A DNA stretch of 64,000 bases from Eledone cirrhosa (Eukaryota): positions 206,026,001 to 206,090,000 of the forward strand of contig OZ024743.1 in assembly GCA_964016885.1 (NCBI GenBank), read 5' to 3'. Position 1 is the stretch's first letter. Each line of letters begins with the position of its first letter. The position numbers were made by a program, and so were the translations under genes. This document shows positions 27,410 through 42,700 of the stretch, in pieces. The notes below the pieces were generated by a model. It searched no databases. It was not told the DNA's origin and saw nothing but the letters and a program-made list of their open reading frames with translations.

Positions 27410-30400
27410 CTTGGCTGGCGGGAAATTATCTCCCCTTGGACGGCTGGAAACTATCTCCCCTTGGACAGCTGGAAATTATCTGCCCTTGATTTTGTTTTTA
27501 CAAATTATCTCCCCCTGATTTTTTTTACAAATTATCTCCACCTGATTTTTTAAAAAACTATCTCCTCTTGGACGGCTGGAAATTATCTCCCCTTGGCTGG
27601 AAATTATCTCCCCTTGGACGGCTAGAAATTATCTCTCTTTGGACGGCTGGAAATTATCTCCCTTTGATTTTTTTTACAAATTATCTCCCTCTGATTTTTT
27701 TTACAAATCTCCCCTTGATTTTTTTAAAAAATTATCTCCCCTTCGCTGGCTGGAAATTATCTCCCCTTGGACACTGGAAATTATAGACCCTTGGAGGGCT
27801 GGAAATTATCTTCCCTTGGACGGCTGGAAATTATCTCCTTTGATTTTTTTACAAATTATCTCCCCCTGATTTTTTTTTACAAATTATCTCCGCCTGATTT
27901 TTTTTTAAAAATTATCTCCCCTTGGCTGGATGGAAATTTTCTCCCCTTGGACGGCTGGAAATTATCTCCCCTTTATGTCTTCTACAAATTATCTGGCCCT
28001 GATTTTTTTTACAAATTATCTCTCCCTGATTTTTTTTACAAATCTCCCCTTGATTTTTTAAAAAAATTATCTCCCCTTCGCTGGCTGGAAATTATCTCCC
28101 CTTGGACACTGGAAATTATAGACCCTTGGAGGGCTGGAAATTATCTTCCCTTGGACGGCTGGAAATTATCTCCTCTTGATTTTTTTTACAAATTATCTCC
28201 CCCTGATTTTTTTTTTCAAATTATCTCCGCCTGATTTTTTTTAAAAAATTATCTCCCCTTGGCTGGATGGAAATTTTCTCCCCTTGGCCGGCTGGAAATT
28301 ATCTCCCCTTGGCTGGAAATTATCTCCCCTTGGACGGCTAGAAATTATCTCTCTTTGGACGGCTGGAAATTATCTCCCCTTGATTCTTTTTACAAATTAT
28401 CTCCCCCTGATTTTTTTTACAAATCTCCCAGTGATTTTTAAAAAAAAATTATCTCCCCTTCGCTGGCTGGAAATTATCTCCCCTTCGACGCTGGAAATTA
28501 TAGCCCCTTGGAGGCTGGAAATTATCTTCCCTTGGACGGCTGGAAATTATCTCCACTTGATTTTTTTTACAAATTATCTCCCCCTGATTTTTTTTTACAA
28601 ATTATCTCCCCCTGATTTTTTTTTTACAAATTATCTCCGCCTGATTTTTTTAAAAAAATTATCACCCCTTGGACGGCTGGAAATTATCTCCCCTTGGACG
28701 GCTGGAAATGATCTCCCCTTGGACGGCTAGAAATTACCTCTCCTTGGACGGCTGAAAATTATCTCCCCTTGATTTTTTTTACCAATTATCTCCCCCTGAT
28801 TTTTTTTTTACAAATTATCTCCCCCTGATTTTATTTTACATATTATCTACCCCTGATTTTTTTTACAAATTATCTCCCCCTGATTTTTTTTTTACAAATT
28901 ATCTGCCCCTGATTTTTTTACAAATTATCTCCCCCTGATTTATTTTACAAATTATCTACGCCTGATTTTTTTAAATATTATCTTCCCTTGGCTGGCGGGA
29001 AATTATCTCCCCTTGGACGGCTGGAAACTATCTCCCCTTGGACAGCTGGAAATTATCTGCCCTTGATTTTGTTTTTACAAATTATCTCCCCCTGATTTTT
29101 TTTACAAATTATCTCCACCTGATTTTTTAAAAAATTATCTCCCCTTGGACGGCTGGAAATTATCTCCCCTTGGCTGGAAATTATCTCCCCTTGGACGGCT
29201 AGAAATTATCTCTCTTTGGACGGCTGGAAATTATCTCCCTTTGATTTTTTTTACAAATTATCTCCCTCTGATTTTTTTTACAAATCTCCCCTTGATTTTT
29301 TTAAAAAATTATCTCCCCTTTGCTGGCTGGAAATTATCTCCCCTTGGACACTGGAAATTATAGACCCTTGGAGGGCTGGAAATTATCTTCCCTTGGACGG
29401 CTGGAAATTATCTCCTTTGATTTTTTTTACAAATTATCTCCCCCTGATTTTTTTTTACAAATTATGTCCGCCGGATTTTTTTTTAAAAATTATCTCCCCT
29501 TGGCTGGATGGAAATTTTCTCCCCTTGGACGGCTGGAAATTATCTCCCCTTTATGTCTTCTACAAATTATCTGGCCCTGATTTTTTTTTACAAATTATCT
29601 CTCCCTGATTTTTTTTACAAATATCTCCCCTTGGCTGGCTGGAAATTATCTCCCCTTCGCTGGCTGGAAATTATCTCCCATTGGACGGCTGGAAATTATC
29701 TCCCCTTGGACGCCTAGAAATTACCTCTCCTTGGACAGCTGTAAATTATCTCCCCTTGGACGGCTGGAAATTATCTCGCCTTGGACGGCTGGAAATTATC
29801 TCCCCTTGATTTTGTATACAAATTATCTCCCCCTGATTTTTTTTTACAAATTATCTGCCCCTGATTATTTTTTTACAAATTAGCTCCGCCTGATTTTTTT
29901 TAAAAATTATCTCCCCTTGGACGGCTGGAAATTATCTCCCCTTGGACGGCTGGAAATTATCTCCCCTTGAACGGCTAGAAATTACCTCTCCTTGGACGGC
30001 TTAAAATTATCTCCCCTTGGACGGCTGGAAATTATCTCCCCTTGATTTTTTTACAAATTATCTCCCCCTGATTTTTTTTTACAAATTATCTCCCCCTGAT
30101 TTTTTTTTACAAATTATCTACCCCTGATTTTTTTTTCAAAATTATCTCCCCCTGATTTTTTTTTACAAATTATCTCCCCCTGATTTTTTTTTACAAATTA
30201 TCTCCCCCTGATTTTTTTACAAATTATCTCCCCTTGGCTGGCTGGAAATTATCGCCCCTTGGAGGCTGGAATTTATCTCCCCTTGGACGGCTGGAAATTA
30301 TCTCCCCTTGGACGGCTAGAAATTACCTCTCCTTGGACGGCTGGAAATTATCTCCCCTTGAACGGCTGGAAATTATCTCCCCTTGGACGGGTGGAAATTA

Positions 30401-30600
30401 TCTCCCCTTGGACGGCTGGAAATTACCTGTCCTTGGACGGCTGGAAATTATCTCCCCTTGGACGGCTGGAAATTATCTCCCCTTGGACGGCTGGAAATTA
30501 TTTCCCCTTGATTTTTTTAACAAATTATCTCCCCCTGATTTATTTTACAAATTATCTCCGCCTGATTTTTTTAAATATTATCTTCCCTTGGCTGGCGGGA
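27410..30600 (+). repeat. ~1.58 kb internal sub-repeat within the HOR, also present in the copies at ~41.0-44.2, 48.0-51.2 and 54.9-58.0 kb
   Basis: The identical 72-aa ORF occurs at 27568/29145 (offset 1577) and 48163/49743 (1580). The landmark ggctggcggg...ggaaactatc...ggacagctgg occurs at ~27412, 28990 and 30590. Confidence 0.8.
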
Positions 30601-32529
30601 AATTATCTCCCCTTGGACGGCTGGAAACTATCTCCCCTTGGACAGCTGGAAATTATCTGCCCTTGATTTTGTTTTTACAAATTATCTCCCCCTGATTTTT
30701 TTTACAAATTATCTCCACCTGATTTTTTAAAAAATTATCTCCTCTTGGACGGCTGGAAATTATCTCCCGTTGGCTGCAAATTATCTCCCCTTGGACGGCT
30801 AGAAATTACCTCTCTTTGGACGGCTGGAAATTATCTCCCCTTGATTTTTTTACAAATTATCTCCCCCTGATTTTTTTTACAAATCTCCCAGTGATTTTTA
30901 AAAAAAAATTATCTCCCCTTCGCTGGCTGGAAATTATCTCCCCTTGGACGCTGGAAATTATAGCCCCTTGGAGGGCTGGAAATTATCTTCCCTTGGACGG
31001 CTGGAAATTATCTCCCCTTGATTTTTTTTACAAATTATCTCCCCCTGATTTTTTTTTACAAATTATCTCCCCGATTTTTTTCTACAAATTATCTCCCCCT
31101 GATTTTTTTTTTACAAATTATCTCCCCTTGGACGGCTGGAAATTATCTCCCCTTGGACGGCTGGAAATTATCTCCCCTAGGACGGCTAGAAATTACCTCT
31201 CCTTGGACGGCTGAAAATTATCTCCCCTTGGACGGCTGGAAATTATCTCCCCTTGATTTTTTTACAAATTATCTCCCTCTGATTTTTTTTTACAAATTAT
31301 CTCCCCCTGATTTTTTTTTACAAATTATCTCCCCCTGATTTTTTTTTACAAATTATCTCCCCCTGATTTTTTTACAAATTATCTCCCCTTGGCTGGCTGG
31401 CAATTATCTCCCCTTGGAGGCTGGAATTTATCTCCCCTTGGACGGCTGGAAATTATCTCCCCTTGGACGGCTAGAAATTACCTCTCCTTGTACGGCTGGA
31501 AATTATCTCCCCTTGAACGGCTGGAAATTATCTCCCCTTGGACGGCTGGAAATTATCTCCCCTTGGACGGCTGGAAATTACCTCTCCTTGGACGGCTGGA
31601 AATTATCTCCCCTTGGACGGCTGGAAATTATCTCCCCTTGGACGCCTAGAAATCACCTCTACTTGGACAGCTGTAAATTATCTCCCCTTGGACGGCTGGA
31701 AATTATCTCGCCTTGGACGGCTGGAAATTATCTCCCCTTGATTTTGTATACAAATTATCTCCCCCTGATTTTTTTTTACAAATTATCTGCCCCTGATTAT
31801 TTTTTTTACAAATTAGCGCCGCCTGATTTTTTTTTTAAATTATCTTCCCTTGGACGGCTGGAAATTATCTCCCCTTGGACGGCTGGAAATTATCTCCCCT
31901 TGAACGGCTAGAAATTACCTCTCCTTGGACGGCTGAAAATTATCTCCCCTTGGACGGCTGGAAATTATCTCCCCTTGATTTTTTTACAAATTATCTCCCC
32001 CTGATTTTTTTTTTACAAATTATCTCCGCCTGATTTTTTTTAAAAATTATCTCCCCTTGGACGGCTGGAAATTATCTCCCCTTGGACGGCTGGAAATTAT
32101 CTCCCCTTGATTTTTTTTTCAAATTATCTCCCTCTGATTTTTTTTTTACAAATTATCTACCCCTGATTTTTTTTTAAAATTATCTCCCCCTGATTTTTTT
32201 TACAAATTATCTCCCCCTGATTTTTTTTTACAAATTATCTCCCCCCGATTTTTTTACAAATTATCTCCCCCTGATTTTTTTTACAAATTATCTCCGCCTG
32301 ATTTTTTTAAATATTATCTTCCCTTGGCTGGCGGGAAATTATCTCCCCTTGGACGGCTGGAAATTATCTCCCCTTGGAAGGATGGAAATTATCTCCCCTT
32401 GGACGGCTGGAAATTATCTCCCCTTGCACTGCTGGAAATTATCTCCCCTTGGACGGCTGGAAATTATCTGCCCTTGATTTTGTTTTTACAAATTATCTTC
32501 CCCTGATTTTTTTACAAATTATCTCCACC

Positions 32530-35500
32530 TGATTTTTTAAAAAATTATCTCCCCTTGGACGGCTGGAAATTATCTCCCCTTGGCTGGAAATTATCTCCCC
32601 TTGGACGGCTAGAAATTATCTCTCTTTGGACGGCTGGAAATTATCTCCCCTTGGACGCTGGAAATTATAGCCCCTTGGAGGGCTGGAAGTTATCTTCCCT
32701 TGGAGGGCTGGAAATTATCTTCCCTTGGACGGCTAGAAATTACCTCTCCTTGGACGGCTGAAAATTATCTCCCCTTGGACGGCTGGAAATTATCTCCCCT
32801 TGATTTTTTTTACAAATTATCTCCCCCTGATTATTTTTTACAAATTATCTCCCCCTGATTTTTTTTTTACAAATTATCTCCCCTTGGACGGCTGGAAATT
32901 ATCTCCCCTTGGACGGCTGGAAATTATCTCCCCTTGGACGGCTAGAAATTACCTCTCCTTGGACGGCTGAAAATTATCTCTCCTTGGACGGCTGGAAATT
33001 ATCTCCCCTTTATGTCTTCTACAAATTATCTACCCCTGATTTTTTTTTACAAATTATCTCTGCCTGATTTTTTTTACAAATATCTCCCCTTGGTTGGCTG
33101 GAAATTATCTCCCCTTGGCTGGCTGGAAATTATCTCCCCTTGGACGGCTGGAAATTATCTCCCCTTGGACGCCTAGAAATTACCTCTCCTTGGACAGCTG
33201 TAAATTATCTCCCCTTGGACGGCTGGAAATTATCTCGCCTTGGACGGCTGGAAATTATCTCCCCTTGATTTTGTATACAAATTATCTCCCCCTGATTTTT
33301 TTTTACAAATTATCTGCCCCTGATTATTTTTTTACAAATTAGCTCCGCCTGATTTTTTTTAAAAATTATCTCCCCTTGGACGGCTGGAAATTATCTCCCC
33401 TTGGACGGCTGGAAATTATCTCCCCTTGAACGGCTAGAAATTACCTCTCCTTGGACGGCTGAAAATTATCTCTCCTTGGACGGCTGGAAATTATCTCCCC
33501 TTGATTTTTTTACAAATTATCTCCCCCTGATTTTTTTTTACAAATTATCTACCCCTGATTTTTTTTTCCAAATTATCTCCCCCTGATTTTTTTTTTACAA
33601 ATTATCTCCCCCTGATTTTTTTTTACAAATTATCTCCCCCTGATTTTTTTACAAATTATCTCCCCTTGGCTGGCTGGAAATTATCTCCCCTTGGAGGCTG
33701 GAATTTATCTCCCCTTGGACGGCTGGAAATTATCTCCCCTTGGACGGCTAGAAATTACCTCTCCTTGGACGGCTGGAAATTATCTGCCCTTGAACGGCTG
33801 GAAATTATCTCCCCTTGGACGGCTGGAAATTATCTCCCCTTGGACGGCTGGAAATTACCTCTCCTTGGACGGCTGGAAATTATCTCCCCTTGGACGGATG
33901 GAAATTATCTCCCCTTGGACGGCTGGAAATTATTTCCCCTTGATTTTTTTTACAAATTATCTCCCCCTGATTTTTTTTACAAATATCCCCCTAATTTAAA
34001 AAAAAATTATCTCCCCTTCGCTGGCTGGAAATTATCTCCCTTTGGACGGCTGGAAATTATAGCTGCTTGTAGGGCTGGAAATTATCTCCCCTTGGACGGC
34101 TGGAAATTATCTCCCCTTCATTTTTTTACTAATTATCTCCCCCTGATTTTTTTTTACAAATTATCTCCGCCTGATTTTTTTAAAAAAATTATCTCCCCTT
34201 GGCTGGATTGAAATTTTCTCCCCTTGGACGGCTGGAAATTATCTCCCCTTTATGTCTTCTACAAATTATCTACCCCTGATTTTTTTTTTACAAATTATCT
34301 CTCCCTGATTTTTTTTACAAATATCTCCCCTTGGCTGGCTGGAAATTATCTCCCCTTGGACGGCTGGAAATTATCTCCCCTTGGACGCCTAGAAATTACC
34401 TCTCCTTGGACAGCTGTAAATTATCTCCCCTTGGACGGCTGGAAATTATCTCGCCTTGGACGGCTGGAAATTATCTCCCCTTGATTTTGTATACAAATTA
34501 TCTCCCCCTGATTTTTTTTACAAATTATCTGCCCCTGATTATTTATTTTACAAATTAGCTCCGCCTGATTTTTTTTTAAAATTATCTCCCCTTGGACGGC
34601 TGGAAATTATCTCCCCTTGGACGGCTGGAAATTATCTCCCCTTGATTTTTTTACAAATTATCTCCCCCTGATTTTTTTTTTACAAATTATCTCCCCCTGA
34701 TTTTTTTTACAAATTATCTCCCCCTGTTTTTTTTTACAAATTATTTCACCCTGATTTTTTTACAAATTATCTCCCCCTGATTTTTTTTACAAATTATCTC
34801 CGCCTGATTTTTTTAAATATGATCTTCCCTTGGCTGGCGGAAAATCATCTCCCCTTGGACGCCTGGAAATTATCTCCCCTTGGAAGGATGGAAATTATCT
34901 CCCCTTGGACGGCTGGAAATTATCTCCCCTTGCACTGCTGGAAATTATCTCCCCTTGGACGGCTGGAAATTATCTGCCCTTGATTTTGATTTTACAAATT
35001 ATCTTCCCCTGATTTTTTTTACAAATTATTTCCACCTGATTTTTTAAAAAATTATCTCCCCTTGGACGGCTGGAAATTATCTCCCCTTGGCTGGAAATTA
35101 TCTCCCCTTGGACGATTAGAAATTATCTCTCTTTGGACGGCTGGAAATTATCTCCCCTTGATTTTTTTTACAAATTATCTCCCCCTGATTTTTTTTACAA
35201 ATCTCCCAGTGATTTTTTTAAAAAGATTATCTCCCCTTCGCTGGCTGGAAATTATCTCCCCTTGGACGCTGGAAATTATAGCCCCTTGGAGGGCTGGAAG
35301 TTATCTTCCCTTGGAGGGCTGGAAATTATCTTCCCTTGGACGGCTGGAAATTATCTCCCCTTGATTTTTTTTACAAATTATCTCCTCCTGATTTTTTTTT
35401 ACAAATTATCTCCCCCTGATTTTTTTTTTACCAATTATCTCCACCTGATTTTTTTAAAAATTATTTCCCCTTGGACGGCTGGAAATTATCTCCCCTTGGA

Positions 35501-36430
35501 CGGCTGGAAATTATCTCCCCTTGGACGGCTAGAAATTACCTCTCCTTGGACGGCTGAAAATTATCTCCCCTTGGACGGCTGGAAATTATCTCCCCTTGAT
35601 TTTTTTTACAAATTATCTCCCCCTGATTTTTTTTTACAAATTATCTCCCCCTGATTTTTTTTTACAAATTATCTCCCCCTGATTTTTTTTTACAAATTAT
35701 CTCCTGATTTTTTTTACAAATTATCTCCCCTTGGCTGGCTGGAAATTATCTCCCCTTGGAGGCTGGAAATTATCTCCCCTTGGACGGCTAGAAATTACCT
35801 CTCCTTGGACGGCTGGAAATTATCTGCCCTTGGACGGCTGGAAATTATCTCCCCTTGGACGGCTGGAAATTATTTCCCCTTGATTTTTTTTACAAATTAT
35901 CTCCCCCTGATTTTTTTTTACAAATCTCCCCCTAATTTTAAAAAAAATTATCTCCCCTTCGCTGGCTGGAAATTATCTTCCTTTGGACGGTTGGAAATTA
36001 TAGCCGCTTGTAGGGCTGGAAATTATCTCCCCTTGGACGGCTGGGAATTATCTCCCCTTGATTTTTTTACTAATTATCTCACCCTGATTTTTTTTTACAA
36101 ATTATCTCCGCCTCATTTTTTAAAAAAAATTATCTCCCCTTGGCTGGATGGAAATTATCTCCCCTTGGACGGCTGGAAATTATCTCCCATTGATTTCTTC
36201 TACAAATTATCTACCCCTGATTTTTTTTTTACAAATTATCTCTCCCTGATTTTTTTTTACAAATATCTCCCCTTGGCTGGCTGGAAATTATCTCCCGTTG
36301 GCTGGCTGGAAATTATCTCCCCTTGGACGGCTGGAAATTATCTCCCATTGATTTTTTTTACAAATTATCTCCCCTTGGCTGGCTGGAAATTATCTCCCCT
36401 TGGCTGGCTGGAAATTATCTCCCCCTGATA
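32530..36430 (+). repeat. Segment homologous to ~19540-20990 and to ~2500-5950 / 10150-12935
   Basis: Offsets are 12990-12992 for 19563/32555, 20103/33094 and 20676/33666. Offsets are 30555 for 2539/33094, 2846/33401, 3111/33666 and 3776/34331. Confidence 0.85.
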
Positions 36431-39400
36431 TTTTTTACAAATTAGCTCCCCCTGATTTTTTTTTACAAATTATCTCCCCCTGATTTTTTTTTTTACAAAT
36501 TATCTCCGCCTGATTTTTTTTAAATTATCTCCCCTTGGCTGGATGGAAATTATCTCCCCTTGGACGGCTGGAAATTATCTCCCCTTGGAAGGATGGAAAT
36601 TATCTCCCCTTGGACGGCTGGAAATTATCTCCCCTTGCACGGCTGGAAATTATCTCCCCTTGGACGGCTAGAAATTACCTCTCCTTGGACGGCTGAAAAT
36701 TATCTCCCCTTGGACGGCTGGAAATTATCTCCCCCTGATTTTTTTTACAAATTATCTCCCCTTGCACGGCTGGAAATTATCTCCCCTTGGACGGCTGGAA
36801 ATTATCTGCCCTTGATTTTGTTTTTACAAATTATCTCCCCCTGATTTTTTTTACAAATTATCTCCACCTGATATTTAAAAAAATTATCTCCCCTTGGACG
36901 GCTGGAAATTATCTCCCCTTGGCTGGAAATTATCTCCCCTTGGACGATTAGAAATTATCTCTCTTTGGACGGCTGGAAATTATCTCCCCTTGATTTTTTT
37001 TACAAATTATCTCCCCCTGATTTTTTTTACAAATCTCCCAGTGATTTTTTAAAAAAAATTATCTCCCCTTCGCTGGCTGGAAATTACCTCCCCTTGGACG
37101 CTGGAAATTATAGCCCCTTGGAGGGCTGGAAATTATCTTCCCTTGGACGGCTGGAAATTATCTCCCCTTGATTTTTTTTACATATTATCACCCCTGATTT
37201 TTTTTTACAAATTATCTCCCCCTGTTCTTTTTTACAAATTATCTCCCCCTGATTTTTTTACAAATTATCTCCCCTTGGCTGGGTGGAAATTATCTCCCCT
37301 TGGAGGCTGGAATTTATCTCCCCTTGGACGGCTGGAAATTATCTCCCCTTGGACGGCTAGAAATTATCTCCCCTTGAACGGCTGGAAATTATCTCCCCTT
37401 GGACGGCTGGAAATTATCTCCCCTTGGAAGGATGGAAATTATCTCCCCTTGGACGGCTGGAAATTATCTCCCCTTGCACGGCTGGAAATTATCTTCCCTT
37501 GGACGGCTAGAAATTACCTCTCCTTGGACGGCTGAAAATTATCTCCCCTTGGACGGCTGGAAATTATCTCCCCCTGATTTTTTTTACAAATTATCTCCCC
37601 TTGCACGGCTGGAAATTATCTCACCTTGGACGGATGGAAATTATCTGCCCTTGATTTTGTTTTTACAAATGATCTCCCCCTGATTTTTTTTACAAATTAT
37701 CTGCCCCTGATTTTTTTTTTACAAATTATCTCCGCCTGATTTTTTTTTAAAATTATCTCCCCTTGGACGGCTGGAAATTATCTCCCCTTGGACGGCTGGA
37801 AATTATCTCCCCTTGATTTTTTTACAAATTATCTCCGCCTGATTTTTTTTTTACAAATTATCTCCGCCTGATTTTTTTTTAAAATTATCTCCCCTTGGAC
37901 GGCTGGAAATTATCTCCCCTTGGACGGCTGGAAATTATCTCCCCTTGATTTTTTTTTCCAAATTATCTCCCCCTGATTTTTTTTTACAAATTATCTACCC
38001 CTGATTTTTTTTATACAAATTATCTCCCCCTGAGTTTTTTTACAAATTATCTCCCCCTGATTTTTTTTTTACAAATTATCTCCCCCCGATTTTTTTACAA
38101 ATTATCTCCCCCTGAATTTTTTTACAAATTATCTCCGCCTGATTTTTTAAAGTATTATCTTCCCTTGGCTGGCGGGAAATTATCTCCCCTTGGACGGCTG
38201 GAAATTATCTCCCCTTGGAAGGATGGAAACTATCTCCCCTTGGACGGCTGGAAATTATCTCCCCTTGCACTGCTGGAAATTATCTCCCCTTGGACGGCTG
38301 GAAATTATCTGCCCTTGATTTTGTTTTTACAAATTATCTTCCCCTGATTTTTTTTACAAATTATCTCCACCTGATTTTTTAAAAAATTATCTCCCCTTGG
38401 ACGGCTGGAAATTATCTCCTCTTGGCTGGAAATTATCTCCCTTTGGCTGGCTGGAAATTATCTCCCCCTGATATTTTTTTACAAATTAGCTCCCCCTGAT
38501 TTTTTTTTACAAATTATCTCCCCCTGATTTTTTTCACAAATTATCTCCCCCTGATTTTTTTTACAAATTATCTCCTCTGATTTAAAAAAAAAAATTATCT
38601 CCCCTTGGACGGCTGGAAATTATCTCCCCTTGGACGGCTGGAAATTATCGCCCCCTGATTTGTTTTAACAAATTATCTCCACCTGATTTTTTTACAAATC
38701 ATCTCCGCCTGATTTTTTTAAAAAATTATCTCCCTTGGCTTGCTGGAAATTATCTCCCCTTGGACGGCTATGAATTATCTCTCCTTCGACGGCTGGAAAT
38801 TATCTCCACTTGATTTTTTTACAAATTATCTCCCCGTGATTTTTTTTTACCAATCTACCCCTGATTTAAAAAAAAAAATTATCTCCCCTTCGCTGGCTGG
38901 AAATTATCTCCCCTTGGACGGCTGGAAATTATCTCCCCTTGATTTTTTTTACAAATTATCTCCCCCTGATTTTTTTTTACAAATTATCTCCCCCTGATTT
39001 TTTTTTTTACAAATTATCTCCGCCTGATTTTTTAAAAATTATCTCTCCTTGGCTGGATGGAAATCATCTCCCCCTGATTTTTTTTACAAATTATCTCCCC
39101 TTGCACGGCTGGAAATTATCTCCCCTTGGACGGCTGGAAATTATCTCCCGTTGGCTGCAAATTATCTCCCCTTGGACGGCTAGAAATTACCTCTCTTTGG
39201 ACGGCTGGAAATTATCTCCCCTTGATTTTTTTTACAAATTATCTCCCCCTGATTTTTTTTACAAATCTCCCAGTGATTTTTTTAAAAAAATTATCTCCCC
39301 TTCGCTGGCTGGAAATTATCTCCCCTTGGACGCTAGAAATTATAGCCCCTTGGAGGGCTGGAAATTATCTTCCCTTGGACGGCTGGAAATTATCTCCCCT

Positions 39401-39744
39401 TGATTTTTTTTACATATTATCTCCCCCTGATTTTTTTTTACAAATTATCTCCCCGATTTTTTTCTACAAATTATCTCCCCCTGATTTTTTTTTTACAAAT
39501 TATCTCCGCCTGATTTTTAAAAAAAAATTATCTCCCCTTGGACGGCTGGAAATTATCTCCCCTTGGACGGCTGGAAATTATCTCCCCTAGGACGGCTAGA
39601 AATTACCTCTCCTTGGACGGCTGAAAATTATCTCCCCTTGGACGGCTGGAAATTATCTCCCCTTGATTTTTTTTAAAAATTATCTCCCTCTGATTTTTTT
39701 TTACAAATTATCTCCCCCTGATTTTTTTTTACAAATTATATCCC

Positions 39745-42700
39745 CCTGATTTTTTTTTACAAATTATCTCCCCCTGATTTTTTTACAAATTATCTCCCCT
39801 TGGCTGGCTGGCAATTATCTCCCCTTGGAGGCTGGAATTTATCTCCCCTTGGACGGCTGGAAATTATCTCCCCTTGGACGGCTAGAAATTACCTCTCCTT
39901 GTACGGCTGGAAATTATCTCCCCTTGAACGGCTGGAAATTATCTCCCCTTGGACGGCTGGAAATTATCTCCCCTTGGACGGCTGGAAATTACCTCTCCTT
40001 GGACGGCTGGAAATTATCTCCCCTTGGACGGCTGGAAATTATCTCCCCTTGGACGGCTGGAAATTATTTCCCCTTGATTTTTTTTACAAATTATCTCCCC
40101 CTGATTTTTTTTACAAATTATCTCCGCCTGATTTTTTAAAATATTATCTTCCCTTGGCTGGCGGGAAATTATCTCCCCTTGGACGCCTGGAAATTATCTC
40201 CCCTTGGAAGGATGGAAATTATCTCCCCTTGGACGGCTGGAAATTATCTCCCCTTGCACTGCTGGAAATTATCTCCCCTTGGACGGCTGGAAATTATCTG
40301 CCCTTGATTTTGTTTTTACAAATTATCTTCCCCTGATTTTTTTTACAAATTATCTCCACCTGATTTTTAAAAAAATTATCTCCCCTTGGCTGGAAATTTT
40401 CTCCCCTTGGACGATTAGAAATTATCTCTCTTTGGACGGCTGGAAATTATCTCCCCTTGATTTTTTTTACAAATTATCTCCCCCTGATTTTTTTTACAAA
40501 TCTCCCAGTGATTTTTTTAAAAAAATTATCTCCCCTTCGCTGGCTGGAAATTATCTCCCCTTGGACGCTGGAAATTATAGCCCCTTGGAGGGCTGGAAGT
40601 TATCTTCCCTTGGAGGGCTGGAAATTATCTTCCCTTGGACGGCTGGAAATTATCTCCCCTTGATTTTTTTTACAAATTATCTCCCCCTGATTTTTTTTTA
40701 CAAATTATCTCCCCCTGATTTTTTTTTACAAATTATCTCCTGATTTTTTTTACAAATTATCTCCCCTTGGCTGGCTGGAAATTATCTCCCCTTGGAGGCT
40801 GGAATTTATCTCCCCTTGGACGGCTAGAAATTACCTCTCCTTGGACGGCTGAAAATTATCTCCCCTTGATTTTTTTTACGAATTATCTCCCCCTGATTTT
40901 TTTTTTTACAAATTATCTCCCCCTGATTTTATTTTACATATTATCTACCCCTGATTTTTATTTACAAATTATCTCCCCCTGATTTATTTTACAAATTATC
41001 TCCGCCTGATTTTTTTAAATATTATCTTCCCTTGGCTGGCGGGAAATTATCTCCCCTTGGACGGCTGGAAACTATCTCCCCTTGGACAGCTGGAAATTAT
41101 CTGCCCTTGATTTTGTTTTTACAAATTATCTCCCCCTGATTTTTTTTACAAATTATCTCCACCTGATTTTTTAAAAAACTATCTCCTCTTGGACGGCTGG
41201 AAATTATCTCCCCTTGGCTGGAAATTATCTCCCCTTGGACGGCTAGAAATTATCTCTCTTTGGACGGCTGGAAATTATCTCCCTTTGATTTTTTTTACAA
41301 ATTATCTCCCTCTGATTTTTTTTACAAATCTCCCCTTGATTTTTTTAAAAAATTATCTCCCCTTCGCTGGCTGGAAATTATCTCCCCTTGGACACTGGAA
41401 ATTATAGACCCTTGGAGGGCTGGAAATTATCTTCCCTTGGACGGCTGGAAATTATCTCCTTTGATTTTTTTTACAAATTATCTCCCCCTGATTTTTTTTT
41501 ACAAATTATCTCCGCCTGATTTTTTTTTAAAAATTATCTCCCCTTGGCTGGATGGAAATTTTCTCCCCTTGGACGGCTGGAAATTATCTCCCCTTTATGT
41601 CTTCTACAAATTATCTGGCCCTGATTTTTTTTACAAATTATCTCTCCCTGATTTTTTTTACAAATCTCCCCTTGATTTTTAAAAAAAATTATCTCCCCTT
41701 CGCTGGCTGGAAATTATCTCCCCTTGGACACTGGAAATTATAGACCCTTGGAGGGCTGGAAATTATCTTCCCTTGGACGGCTGGAAATTATCTCCTCTTG
41801 ATTTTTTTTACAAATTATCTCCCCCTGATTTTTTTTTTCAAATTATCTCCGCCTGATTTTTTTTTAAAAATTATCTCCCCTTGGCTGGATGGAAATTTTC
41901 TCCCCTTGGCCGGCTGGAAATTATCTCCCCTTGGCTGGAAATTATCTCCCCTTGGACGGCTAGAAATTATCTCTCTTTGGACGGCTGGAAATTATCTCCC
42001 CTTGATTCTTTTTACAAATTATCTCCCCCTGATTTTTTTTACAAATCTCCCAGTGATTTTTAAAAAAAAATTATCTCCCCTTCGCTGGCTGGAAATTATC
42101 TCCCCTTGGACGCTGGAAATTATAGCCCCTTGGAGGCTGGAAATTATCTTCCCTTGGACGGCTGGAAATTATCTCCACTTGATTTTTTTTACAAATTATC
42201 TCCCCCTGATTTTTTTTTACAAATTATCTCCCCCTGATTTTTTTTTTACAAATTATCTCCGCCTGATTTTTTTAAAAAAATTATCACCCCTTGGACGGCT
42301 GGAAATTATCTCCCCTTGGACGGCTGGAAATGATCTCCCCTTGGACGGCTAGAAATTACCTCTCCTTGGACGGCTGAAAATTATCTCCCCTTGATTTTTT
42401 TTACCAATTATCTCCCCCTGATTTTTTTTTTACAAATTATCTCCCCCTGATTTTATTTTACATATTATCTACCCCTGATTTTTTTTACAAATTATCTCCC
42501 CCTGATTTTTTTTTTACAAATTATCTGCCCCTGATTTTTTTACAAATTATCTCCCCCTGATTTATTTTACAAATTATCTCCGCCTGATTTTTTTAAATAT
42601 TATCTTCCCTTGGCTGGCGGGAAATTATCTCCCCTTGGACGGCTGGAAACTATCTCCCCTTGGACAGCTGGAAATTATCTGCCCTTGATTTTGTTTTTAC

